Assembly: GCA_036172245.1 (NCBI GenBank)
Contig: JAYWIR010000022.1
Coordinates: 310,001-374,000, forward strand
DNA length: 64,000 bases
Direction: 5' to 3'
From: Raillietiella orientalis
Taxonomy: Eukaryota
Part shown: positions 24,278 through 36,446 of the stretch, in pieces
Numbering within the stretch: position 1 is the first letter of the stretch
How the letters are laid out: each line of letters opens with the position of its first letter
The notes under the pieces: model-generated
What the model was told of the DNA's origin: nothing
Seen by the model: only the letters and a program-made list of their open reading frames with translations
Databases searched by the model: none
Translations under genes and position numbers: made by a program

Positions 24278-24982
24278 TACATATCTATATTAATATATGA
24301 ATTTATATATGTATAGATCAATATATATTATAAATTTTATAAAAAATAAATATATGTGCTTATTATGTATATTTATTTATAGATTAATGCACGAATTTGT
24401 TTTAACATATACATTTATTAACATATTATTGATATAATTTATGATATATTATATTAATTTACATATGAATATGCATATTCATGTACATGATAAACATATG
24501 CATTCATTTTTTATTATTTTTGTAAGGTATATTACTCTATATGCGAATCTATATATTAATATACATATGTTACATGAAGAAATGTAATAATCGCATTAAT
24601 TATACTCAAATATATAATAAACATGTACATTACTTTTTTTCAATATTAATCTATATATTAATTTATATTTTAATATTCATACCAATATATATAATATACA
24701 TACGTATTGTTTTTACATAATCTTTATAACATGTATTTATCTATATATTATTCTAAATAAAAATATATATAATAAGCGTATTCTATTATATGAATAGTAT
24801 GCATGTTTATAAGCGTATTCTATTATATGAATAGTATGCATGTTTATAAATATTCTTGTTAAAATAAAATTGCATATGAATATATGCATTCATATACTTG
24901 ATAAGCATATATATTTATTATTTATAATCTTCATAGTATATATTAATCCAAAATGCATTTATACATTTATACAGTAATATAT
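24278..24982. repeat. Extremely AT-rich low-complexity island containing a 2 x 37-bp tandem duplication
   Basis: Abrupt switch to almost pure A/T. ataagcgtattctattatatgaatagtatgcatgttt occurs at 24772-24808 and 24809-24845. Confidence 0.95.
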
Positions 24983-25859
24983 AAAATAAGCCTGTGTGAT
25001 CTTTCGGAGTTTCGAATCAACCCCGCTCTGCAGAACCAACCCAGATCCACATGGTCAGCTGCCGCATGCTGCTGCTCCAGGACTGGGAGGCGCCCGACCA
25101 GGAAGCGGGCGGGCGGGCAGAGGACCAGCCCGGAGATCTCTTGCAGACTTCCCCAAGGGCCAGGGCAGCTCCCTTGTCCAACCGTGGAAACCCTCGCGGG
25201 GCTGATGCGGAAAGGGGTGAGGGTCGCATCGCGGGGGTCACACTTGCTTCCATCTCTCGATGGCTGCCGGCGGCCGACCGAGAACGAACGAAACGCGTCC
25301 TCTAAAACAGATCGAAAAAGCGCTGGGAAGCTGTGAAGACTGACGAACGGACTTGGTACAGCAGCGTTCTCTTTGTGTTGTACGTGAAAAACGTTTGCAT
25401 GGTTTCCGTTTGAACGAATCGTCACGCCGCCTGTGTCGGACTGGGGAGGAGGGCTGCTGGGCAGAACAGCGTTGGTGGACCGCGAAAGCGCAGTCTTCAG
25501 CAGGCGGCGGTGCCGGGGCGGTAGGATCGTCCGATAGGTTTGTGCCAGCCCCAGCCCGTTTCCACGGCAAGGCAGGCCTGCGCGACGGCAGCGGCGCGTT
25601 CTCCTACGCAACCGCGGTGGCCAGACGGCGCTGCAAGAACAGGAAAAGGGGCGCGACGTGTGAAATGGAAAAAGTGGACGGCACCCATCTGCAAGATGGA
25701 AAGCGAGGCACGTCCAGCCACCTCTAAGACGGGAACTGGGAAGGATGCAGTGCGAGGTGTCTGTCCCACAGTGAGCAAACGAAGCACCCTCGCGCTGCAC
25801 CTTCGGACGGTTTTCCGTCCGCAGCAGCCGCGTCGAACTGCTCGAGGCGCGCGCGTCGA

Positions 25860-27065
25860 GGACGGGGTCGCGCTTCAGGACTTGGCATGGAAGCGACCGG
25901 GCACCTGCCTAGCCTGAACTTCAACCGCTTCATCGAAACCGTCTGGCGCCACTGCGCTGGGTACGGCGAAGTCAAGAAGGTGCCGTTTCGTGAGCAGCTC
26001 TTTTCCCGAGGGAGGAAATCCACAGCTTCGTGAATCTGCATGACTGGCGGCCATGAGTCCGAGCCACTAGCCAGCGCCAACCAGGTCTTCCTCGGACATG
26101 TGTGACGGCCGGCGGCACAGCATGACCCCGTACTCCGAACCCAACTGCAACCCAAATGCGGCTCCCGAGGGCATCTGACGTCCACCCATCCCAAGATTAA
26201 GAAGTGCTGCTTTATTAGGGTGGCAGGGCACCGAAATGGGAATGCTGAAGACATAAATGCCATCTGGAAGTGTAGGGCTCCCTCGTAATCGTGCAGCCCC
26301 CGTTGGTGACTGTGCGGTTGCGGCCGCCGCGCGGGGCACCGCGCATCCCGGGTTCGAATCCCCACGTGGAGGATCGACGCCGAGAAATGACGGGGGTACG
26401 TCATGGGTTTCGAGTCCCACCTCAAGATGATGCTGGTTGGCCTGTACACTTCGGCTCTGGCTCTGTATGGAATCTGGACGCCCCCGGTGAATGGCCGGGA
26501 TCGGAAGTTGACCCTCCGTGGTCCATCCGGGAATCAAGGAGCCTCGGGATTCTCTTCCGGTTCTGAAAATAGGACCGTGCCTCTCTCGCGATGGACCCTC
26601 CATCGCGCACCATGGAGCTGGTGGAGCAAGCTCCTCCCCCTCAAGATAGTGCCTCTCCAGTGTGTAAGAAGCGCGCCGCTCCCTTGGGGGAGTGCGCTTC
26701 AGAGAGATTTGGAATAGTCCCTTCGAGGTTCTCTTCAGGGGAGGAGGAAACAGGGAACGGCTCCCTTCCGGGAGGTCCCTCCGGACAAGAAATTCCAGGA
26801 TCGCGGATCCTTTCCGGGTCCCTTTCGGAAAAGAAATGAGGAACGCCCCTGCTCCCTGTGGTGTCCTTCCGGAGAGAAGAAAGACGACTGGATCCTTCGG
26901 GTTCCCTCCCAAGCGTGAGCGGAACCAGATCCTCCCTCCGGTGCCTTCCTAGATTCATAGGGTGGTCCCCTCCCAGGATACCCCCTATAACTTGAAGAAG
27001 AGCTACACGCACCCCAGGGTAGCGTGGGCAGCGTGAAGGACCTTCGTGGTTCCCCCCCCCCCTCC
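25860..27065 (+). mobile_element. Decayed L1/Tx1-like ORF2, RT motif 4 through post-RT region (family A)
   Basis: SLNFNRFIETV (resembles LLFNxxIEPL) and TPRNDGG..GFESHLKMMLVGL. 26700-27010 is the reverse complement homologue of 21345-21620. Confidence 0.75.
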
Positions 27066-28679
27066 CAAGGAGGCGAGCGCTTCTCCAGCGCTCCCTGAGG
27101 ACCAAAAAAGGAAGAAAAAGTGCGGGAAAAAAAAAAGCCGGAACGAAAGCGGAGGAAGCAGAGGAAACCTAAAGGATTCACACCATCCTAGGCCAATGGT
27201 CATCCTGTGGAATGGAAGGAAAAAGCCATGAGAGTAAGAAAGTCGAGAACAAGGAGCAGAAGAGCCGGCACCAAACCTCGAAAGACAAGAAAGAAGGAAG
27301 GATCCCGGTCCCAGGGCGAGGAACTCAGGGAAGACCAAGAGGGTGTCTGGAGAAGGATGCAGCCAGATCGGAATGCACACGAAAGAGGAACCGTTGGGTC
27401 TCATCCAAGAAGCTCTGGAATGCGGTTTACAAGACTCCTAAGTGGGGGACAAGGAGCACAACCAGGGAGAGCTTCGGTGCTTGTAGGAGCTGCATCGGTC
27501 TTCAAAAAGGAGCCGAAGAGAGGATGCTGACGAACGGGGAATTTTACTACCAATCATCCGTCAACATCACTGGAGAGGGGTCTTTAGCTCGGAAGTGCGA
27601 AGCAAACGTGGGAGGGTGAAGACGTTCCCTCGGGAAGGCAGCGAGACCTCAGAAGAAGGAAAAGAAATCCAGAAGGAAGGTTCGATTTGTTTGTTCCGTT
27701 CTTCTTCGCATGCGCGATGTGCCTGCTCTCTGCTTGTCGGACTGGGAGGAGCAGAGCTGTCTCGCCCGCGATCTGCTTTACCAGGAAGATTGGAGCTGAC
27801 GCCACTGGCGCTGCGCTCCTCTTCATGACGCTTTCACCCACTCCTCGATCTCGGAGTCTTCTTCTGGAAGCGATGATGCAGGACTCGACGAATTGGTCCA
27901 CCCTGATCGCCACATCTCTTGCCACAGCTCTGTCTGCCCTGAGGGCAAGCGACGATGGCAGCTGCCCACCTGTGAGGTGGGAGGTTTCTGCGAGGTACCT
28001 GCGCCGATGCAGGAAAGACGAAGCTCCTTGACGGCTCAGGACGCGCGAGTTGGCGGATACTCCAACTCGCGAGTAGCCACTCTGCGTAACCAAAGGACTC
28101 CTTCGGTGGCCGGAACTGTTGCATGTCGCTCCCGAGGAGGTCCCTCTCCAATGTTGGAACACTTCCGTGTTCCCTTTGAGCTGGAGACAGGCTCCGCTGC
28201 TGTTTCTGCTTCGGGGACTCTAGTGCAATGAGCACCTGCACCTTCGTTTCCAGGGGGGTTGCATCCCGAACTGTGCCAGGTGCAGCTCAGAGGAGTCGAT
28301 CCCGCTTGGACTCCGGTGACCTCCGAGAACTGTGCTGACTTCGGGGACCTCATCGACAGGAGGACACCGCCTGTGATCTGCTGTGGCGATTCTTTGTACC
28401 CAACGGACTCATGACCGGCGCAGTGATTTCACACCTGGGTGCGCCGGGGAGTTTATTCTCTTATAGGAATCGATGGAGTCGATGGCCCACCAAATCCAAT
28501 TATTACACTAGAAAGAAGAGGGAGGGGCAGAGAGGTCCATTACGTTCACGAAGGGGAAGGGGGATGAAACGACAACGAAAACAACCATCGCAACGACGTG
28601 TTGCATCCGCGCCATCGTCACGGCCCGCTATGTGCTCGAGGCGCAGGGGATGGTCGAACGGTCACCGTAATGGCAGCCA

Positions 28680-30032
28680 CCTGCATGAGGGCAGCTGCAA
28701 GGTGGTCTCATTTGGAAGAAGTGTGCTCCGCGTAGGGATGGTGGGCTGGGCCTCCTCGCTGGAGCTCAAGATTCGAAGACTCACCCTCGCGGCGAGACTA
28801 TGGGCAACGCCCTGGTGTACACCTGCTCGCCTCTTTGCCAAGAGAGCAACCGGCTGTGAGGGGCTGTCTCTGGTCCTCGTGGCCAACCATCCAGTTTGAG
28901 ACATGGCATCCTTTGGCTCAGAAAGACGGTTGCCTTGGTGGAGAACACTTGGATCTCTTGCCTCCCTGAGAACTGAACTGCCTGACTTTAGGAGTCAGTT
29001 TCCGCATGGGGAAAGATCCATGACTCGAGCGAAGTGGAGAACGCTTGCCTGCGCGGATGCAGAACCGCTCAAAAGCCTCTGCAGGAGATCATGTGCAACC
29101 CACGCAATCCGCCGTGGGTTTCGTTCCCCCCCCCCCCGGTCCCGGTGCTGTCCCTCTTACAAGATGCAAAGGACAGCGAACTTCCGGCAGTATGCGGCTG
29201 CATCCAAGGCAGGAAGAAACTTCTGTGCGCCTGGACAACTCGTCAGCTCACGGATGCTGCAACCCCAAGTGTCTCTTCAAAAGACTTCTACACTGGGGCG
29301 AGAGGCTCCCAATCCCTCTGGAGGAGAAGGGGTTCCCAATGTGCTGGAACAGTAGCACTCTTCCCCTCGAGCGGCAGGAGTTGACACTGTTAGTGATGCA
29401 TTGGGGAATCTCATGCAAAGCGCGCCTTCATCATTGGACACGGGTGTGTGTGGATGCTGATTGTGATAGGAACCTTCTGCTAGACTGTGCCGCCCTCCAT
29501 CCCCTTTGAGATCGCTTCTCGACGTCCGTAGAAATCCCAGCTGGAGTCCACAGGGACATTTGCAAACGCCTCTTCGTGCATGCCGCCAGCCACGTCCCTT
29601 GCAGTGCTCTGCTGTCTTCACGGGATTTTGCGCCGTGGAAGGCCAGAATAGGCCTAAATGGAAGGACGCCATCCACGGAGCGACAATCTTTTTGAAGACC
29701 GCCTCTAGATGACCCCACCTAGATAGCTTTCGGACAGAAGTTGTCAGCATCCTGAACGGGATACTGAGGACATCTCTCAGCATCTCTCATCGATCCCATA
29801 CTCCTCCCCAGTGAAAAAATTCCTCTCAGTTTTTTTTTTTTTTTGTATGTTTCTCTTCCAGCTTTCCTTTCCCTGTCGCTGTGGAAGCTGATCTCACCGA
29901 TCTACGTACCAGTCATGGCAAGTTCCGAGCACGCGGTGCAACGAAGTGTTTCACCACACTTGAACATTTAAGCGTACTTTCATTAGTTTTTTTTAATAAT
30001 AAATGCTCCAGCAGAAACCGGGTGAAAAACCT
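28680..30032 (+). mobile_element. 5'-truncated L1/Tx1-like element with 3' UTR (family B relative)
   Basis: VCAPRRDGGLGLL (L1 C.PK..GGLG motif), then WNSSTLPLERQELTLLVMHWGISCKARLHHW, a partly deleted knuckle, a T-rich UTR, AATAAA at 29998 and the terminal motif. Confidence 0.8.
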
Positions 30033-30059
30033 GGAGGAAGTGAAGTAGTAGATCGCTGG

Positions 30060-30307
30060 CACCCAGCGCCTGTTTTAAAAAGAAGGAATGGCCGACACCG
30101 GTAGCCCCTGTCCCCACACTCCTCTTATTTATTCATTTATTGTCCCCTCCCTTCCGTTCCGGACATTGAGAAATCCTGACCTGCGTGTCGATGGGGCCCT
30201 CTTTCTGAACTTCGTTTGTCTTCAGTAGGGGACCAGCGTGTTCCCAGCTGGTTTATTTATTTTCTTTTAATGAAAGAAACGCCACGGCGCGACCGGGCGA
30301 GAAATCT
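30060..30307 (+). mobile_element. Short 3'-terminal fragment of a family C element
   Basis: aaggaatggcc...cccctgtcccca...atttattcatttattgtcccctccc...tccggac and gctggtttatttatt match the reverse complement of 10206-10430. Confidence 0.7.
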
Positions 30308-31689
30308 CAGTCTCCCGCTCGCTGCCAACTGGTCCGCTCGTGCGTTCCTTCAAGCTGCGGAAGAATAAATCTCTTTGAATCATTTCGAGGAGGGATGCAG
30401 ATGAACCGGGGATTTCTTTCGACGAGGAAAAACGCGGAGCAGCTAAGGAAGCGAGCGAGGTGCATCGGCGAAAGAAGTGCACCTCGTTACTGCATCTGGG
30501 AATCCTGAATGTGATGCCAATGCTTATGTCCAAATGTACACGCCAGAATCTCGTGGACCACACGTGTTTGAACCCTGCTGTCCGCAGGTTGTTAATTTCT
30601 TGTTTCCTGGAATCCGGAGAGCACTTTGTGCAAAGTGCCGACGGCTAATGATGAAGACGAAGAGACTGGTCCGTTTCCATGTCTCTAGCCTTGCAGCGCT
30701 CGCAGCCAGGAGGAAGCGGAATCGAAATCTGTCAATCTGGGCCGAAGTCCAAATCGCGCACTTCGGGATTTTCCCAGTCTTCTTACACAAACGGATGCGG
30801 TTGTGTAGTCCGGACCCCTGGGAAGTTGACCCCAGGAGGACGGCAGGAGACCAAAAACAAAACAAGTGTGCGTGACGCGCCTGAAAAAAGAAAGACAAGT
30901 GTGGCCAAGATGAACGACGGAGCGATATTCTTGGAGTAGTGCGTTGGGTCTAATGGAAGGCACACCCCTCATCCAGCCACCGCCTTCCCCCCTTCCCTCC
31001 CCCAAGCAAATGTGGAATCGGTCTTGAGCAAGGGAGAAGGGGTCGGTCAAAAGTGAAGCTCTGAAATTTCCGTACGGTCGGTGAGTAATCCTTATGCTGG
31101 CCCCTCTGCACTGGGAGAACGAAGAGGATCCTGATGCATCCATGTTTTCCGTCTTCAACTGAAATGTCAGGGAAGCTGCACTCGTTGAAGCAACTCGGGT
31201 CTCGGCACAGAGCACGAGTAAAGTCCAGATTTGTATCTTCAGCGCCGTGAGACGCTGAAAGTAAAATCCATGTAGGACCTGTCGTTTAGTAGCATTGGTA
31301 CGTGGAGACTCCCGAAAGATTAGATTCACGATGCTAGTAGTCGTGATAGGAAGAATCTCCATTGCTGGGTCCGTGAAAGCTTCTTTACTGATGGGCAACT
31401 CAACCTGACCTCTCAGAGAGCCAATCTTCCTCCAAGGAAAATGTACAGAGCCAGGCTTCTGCATCTCTCATCCCGTGTGACGTGTCGAGATCTCAGCCAT
31501 GGGAAGAGGGGAGGAGGATTTCCATCCGAACCACATAAAGAACTCGAAATGGCCTTGGAACACTGCGGCAGAACATCGAGGAAGAAGAAGCCTGAAGAGT
31601 GGTCCGCATTGCGCTCTCCTCTATTTGTAGATTGGAGTGTCAGATGGATCACACAGGTGTGTAGATCACACCGTGAACGTTGCCGCTAA

Positions 31690-32300
31690 GCGACGGATGT
31701 CATTCAGGGAGCTGCGAGCATGCTGGAAAGGAATCCAAGACTTCTTCGGAACGGTTCCATCCGGACTTTTCAACGGGTTCCATCCGAGGAGATCTCGGGA
31801 CCTCGGCCCTCCTTCCGGTGCGCGCCCTCCTCGACGAGCCACGCTGCTGCGAGGAGGCAGGCGGAGTCTTCTCGCAACACCTGGGAGCGGCGGATTGGTG
31901 GACATGCCTCGAACGGCACCCGGACGGCGCGCCCACCCAGGTAGCCGCAGGCCGGAGTGCTCCCCAGGGACACGAATGGTGCCGGAGACTTCCGGCGTCT
32001 CCGGCACGCGCTGACGACCTCCCCGTCCGCCGCCTTGGAAACGTCTGGAACCGATCTCCCTCAGACTCTCATCGGTCCCCTCTCCCACGCTCCGATGCCG
32101 CCTTGACCGACCAGAGAACCAGATCTGGACGGCCCTCCGCCGCAGCATGACCCGAAGAGCTCGCGGGCCGCCGACGCCTCCGTTCCTTCTGGCGTCACGC
32201 TCGTCTGCCGAGCTTCCCTGCCCTCCTTCAAGAGAGGGAGCGTCCTCCCGTGCGGCCATCGAAAACCCGACCTTCGGCGATATGCCCGCGGACTTCCTAC
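31690..32300 (+). mobile_element. Possible degenerate non-LTR RT N-terminal fragment
   Basis: MSFRELRAC....TVPSGLFNGF and KRLEPISL loosely match the ExxxA..KxPGxDG and WRPISL motifs. Confidence 0.35.
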
Positions 32301-35300
32301 GCGGGGATGCACATGAAACTCCCCCGGAGGCCGCCTTCCTTGCCGGAGAGTCCAGAGCGGATGCTCGCGGTCCCAAGAGAGGCTCTACCCTCCACCACGG
32401 ACTGGGAGCCACCCTCACTCCGAGAAGCCCGCGGAAGAGAAGGGTCGGTGGTCACACCGCCGGAAGAGGACGTGAGTCCGCGTTCCGGGACGGCGGCGCT
32501 GGCCGCTGCCGGAAGTGACCGTCGGTCTCGGCTTGCTGCGGCTTAATCGACGCCTCTCCGTCCGGGAGGAGGCGCCCTCCGCAGCCGGGGCCGACCCGCA
32601 GGCGTCTCCGTTCGCTGCTTTTACGCGAGCCGACTGGACTGCGGCCAGCGGACGACCTCGAGTTCTGGATCTCCGGAGCGGGACCCGGAGGCACAGGTGG
32701 CGCGCTGGTAGACGCCGGCGAGAGAAGGCTCCTTGCTTTCCGCGGAGCGCTCCCCATCTTCCCGGTCCGACTCGGCGGCAGCTGCGGGGGCGCTGCGAGG
32801 AGAACGCGCGCCTCCGCCGCCCGAGGGACGGCGAGCGAGAGGACCCGAGGCCGGCCGGGCGGTAGGTCAGAGCGGCCCTGCCAGCAGGGCGCGAAGACTT
32901 CAATCTCCGGACCGCGGGCGATCGCGCGGCCAATTTGTTCGGGAGGAAAATACGGCGTGTTTGAAAAAGACCCGTAAAGGACGCCTTTGTGCCTCTGAGG
33001 ACCGCTGGGGAGCCGCGGCGGTCCCTCTGCGACGGTCCGGGATCCGAGCCTCAGCAGGGGTCCATAACTCATCCCGAGATATGGGAAGCGGCGCGCTAGA
33101 AGACTCCTTCCCCCGCGGGCGCGGCCAGCCCGCCCCTCCTGCCGGCCCTTGCCGAGCGAGCGGCTCCCCGATTTTGAGGTTGAGCACCCTGTGAGTCACG
33201 GGGGGGTTGCGGACTTGCGTTTGGAGTGGCGCTAGGACCAGCATCACGGGATCGCCCGCAGCCAAGACGCGTACCATGGGGAGAACACGCGTTTTTTTTT
33301 TTCTCTCTCCTCTTTTTGCAAAGCGGGTTGCGCCGCTGGAGGCCGGTGCACTGACAAGAACTGACAGAATTTGCGTGGTCATGCATGTGTCCGTACATCG
33401 CAGCGGGCGCAGTTTTATTTTCCACTTACCAGAAATATCGAATGACCGAACGTGAAGTCTGCCCCCCCCCTCCCCTTCCATTTTATCTCCCTGCGTTTGA
33501 TCGCAGTTTCTTTGTGAGCGCGCGCGCGTGTGCGTGTCGGCAGGGCGAGCGTTGCGTCGGGGCCTTCTCCGCGAAGCATACCGGGTGCGCATGCGTATCG
33601 CGCCTGCACAGGGGGGGGAAAAAAAATGGTCTCTTCCTAAAGAGTTCCTTTCCTCCACCCCATCCGCGCCCTCTTTTTTTTTTCTTCTTCTTCTTCTTCT
33701 TCTTCCTGTTTTCGTTCGTTCATTCCTCAGCTCTCAGGGTACTTAATCTGCGTCCTTGCTGAAGACGACAGTGGAAGTTCAGACGTCAAGGGATGACGCC
33801 AGTCTTCAGAATTTATCCACGGTGTGTGCCGCCGCCGTGTTGCACATTCGTCAAGCAGTCCTTCTTCTAGTAGGTGCCGGCATTTGGAGTTTATTGTACC
33901 CCGGAGTGCATCCGAACGTGACGCGTCTGCTCACACACGGCAGGCGTTTTCTTCTGGTTCGCTCCGGCAATCGAAGACTGCTTCGACTGCTGCTTCCTCA
34001 AAACACCCAGGGGTCGGGGTTTTTATTGCCTGGGAATCCGTTGCCAAGTGGACGTGAACTCCCGCTCTCTTCGTCACGCGAGGGATGGGCAGACGGGGTC
34101 TTCGGGAGAGCTTTGGTACGAGCAGTCCGCATAGTGTACACGCGCTCTGCGTGTAGCTCGCGCGGTAAATAAAATACACCGTGTACTTGAGAAGAGTTGT
34201 TCGGCGACTGACGAAGGAGAAAGAAATCTTCTCCTCCTCTGCAAGGACATCAGAAAGGGAAAGGAACCAGCATGATAAGAAAACGGACAAACATGCAAAT
34301 GAAACGGAAACCGAAATTGCATCCGAAAAGTTCCCTTTTGAAGTCCATTAAAGAGGAGCAATTTACGATCGCAAACTCAGTTTATGGTGACTTAGTTTAT
34401 TATAGACCGTTTAAAAGGCAGTGTATTCAGAGAGGAATAAAATGACGAGGAGAAAGAATCATTAACTCAGAAGATCAGAAAACAGAAAGGATCGCACGCT
34501 GTAAAAGCAAGAAGGTAAAAAAAAAAAAAAAAAATGCTCTTCTTGTGGATGAATCTCCAACGGATTGGTGGTTTGCCAGAACCTGCGGAAAGAAACAAGC
34601 ATCTGGAAGCGAGGGAGGAGCAATCTCACCCCTCCTCCTCCGACCCATAGCATGCACCTCTTCGGAAGGAGCGAAGGATGCACTTTCGAGAGCGATGGTC
34701 CTTGGTAAGAATTTTGTTCCTACGGAAACTCTGGAAAGGATCCGCAGACCCCCCCCCCCCCCCCAAAAAAAAAAAAACAAAAAAAAAATTCACCTGAAAT
34801 TTCGTTCGCCGGCATAAGCGAGCCCGCCCACATTTATCCTTACCTTTTTTCATCATGAAGTTCTGACGGCTTAATAAATGGGAAACAACTTTGCGCATGG
34901 GATTAGCATAAATCCAGTAATGGCGGCATATTCCGAGCTGATTTTTCCGCTCTTTCTACTCTTTTCTGTTTTCGCTTGCCCTTCTCCCCCCACCCACCCA
35001 CCACCTTTCACCCCACCTCCCCTTCCCCTCGACGACCTGACTTGTTACAAGAAAACACCACCGATCCGTTGCCCAGCGCCCTCGTGGGCTGCAGAGAGCC
35101 TGCGGCGCGCGAACAAAAGGATCGTTTTTAATCCCCCGAAATCTTTGCCTGGGCCGCTTCCACCCAGCAAGGCCGTGCTAATTGCCGGGATGGATCCTTG
35201 GGTGGGATTTCAGTGGGTAGCGAAGCCACTGGCTCCTGCCCGAGGAGGATCCACAACTGGCCGCAGTACGTTGGCACGGGAACGCTAAGAAGCGACGTGA

Positions 35301-36446
35301 CCCCCAGGAAGAAGTATCCAGGCGCCATCACAAAAACCCAGCTGTTAGCTCCCTACCAAACTGAGGTTCACCCGAAGGACAACAGTTTTTGAAAAGGAAA
35401 AAGAGGTGAAATTTTGCCTCTCACCGTAAATGCCAAGTGCTGATGAAAGTCTGTGTTTCTTAGAAGCGTTGGATTCATCAACAAAACCATCTCCTAACCC
35501 TTTGAAGTATTTCCTGATTGTCATTGACAAGTCTGGTAGTTTCCGGAATATATTTCCTCTCCATGTATAGTACATTATTTCTTGTGTACGATTCCTATTG
35601 ACAGCTGTATCAGAAAAACGAATTTCGCCATTTGCCATCGTGTTCGAGTGAAAAGCGAAACGCGGAAGAAGAAAAAAAGTGGAATGGGAAAACGAGGTGC
35701 ATCGACGACGGCTGCTAATGGGAACGAAGGTGAACAGTTGCCTTACGCTTCTATAAATGGCCGAGGGGTATTAAGGCTCATCCCGCAACGCGACTGCGGC
35801 CGGTGGGGGGATCATGGAATCCTCACAGTCAGTCAGCGGATCGTTCGGAGGCCCCACGAAGGGAGAGCTGCAGTCCAGGATCGGTCAGGTCTCAGTGATT
35901 TACTCCATCCCCGGAAACGAACACTTACACTTCAAAAGTCCACTTCGTGTCAGCCGCAGATTACTCCATAAACAGAGGAGGAGGAAGGAAGGAAGGAAGG
36001 AAGGAAGAGGGGGGGGGGGGAAGGCGTGCTCTCTGAGTGGTAGCTCGCACAGCACGGACGCGCGGGATGGTCCCGTGCGTCAGTGGGATGCATCACTCAT
36101 CTGACAGCGAGACCTGCAGAGGCTGCCTCACGAGAGAAGAGGGGAGGGGTGGGGAGGGAGGGGGGGGGGGTGGAAACTTGCAAGAGTCCGAAAGGCGGAG
36201 CGGCTCATTTGAAGAGCGGGGCTCGCGCGCGATGGAGACGTGCGAGCAGCGGCGAGCGGCGACGAGTGAGCGCGAAACGACGGCGTCCCTCGCCAGCGTG
36301 GTGGTTGTTGCGGCAGAGGTCGCGCCGTGACCAGGCGCTGCCGCGGGCGAGCTCTCCGAGAAGCAACAGTTCACGGACGGTTCTGCTGCAGGAAAACTCT
36401 GGAGGAAAAAGCAAGAAGGGCAAGAAAAAAAGGGAAAAAAAAGGAC

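Noticed and set aside
26345..26370. tRNA T-arm / B-box-like gggttcgaatccc
   Set aside because: No cloverleaf. The same position in other family A copies (21965-21985, 51895-51915) shows it is retrotransposon coding sequence.
28044..28071. Perfect 10-bp stem (cgcgagttgg/ccaactcgcg)
   Set aside because: A stem of this length with a loop up to ~20 nt is expected about once by chance in 64 kb.
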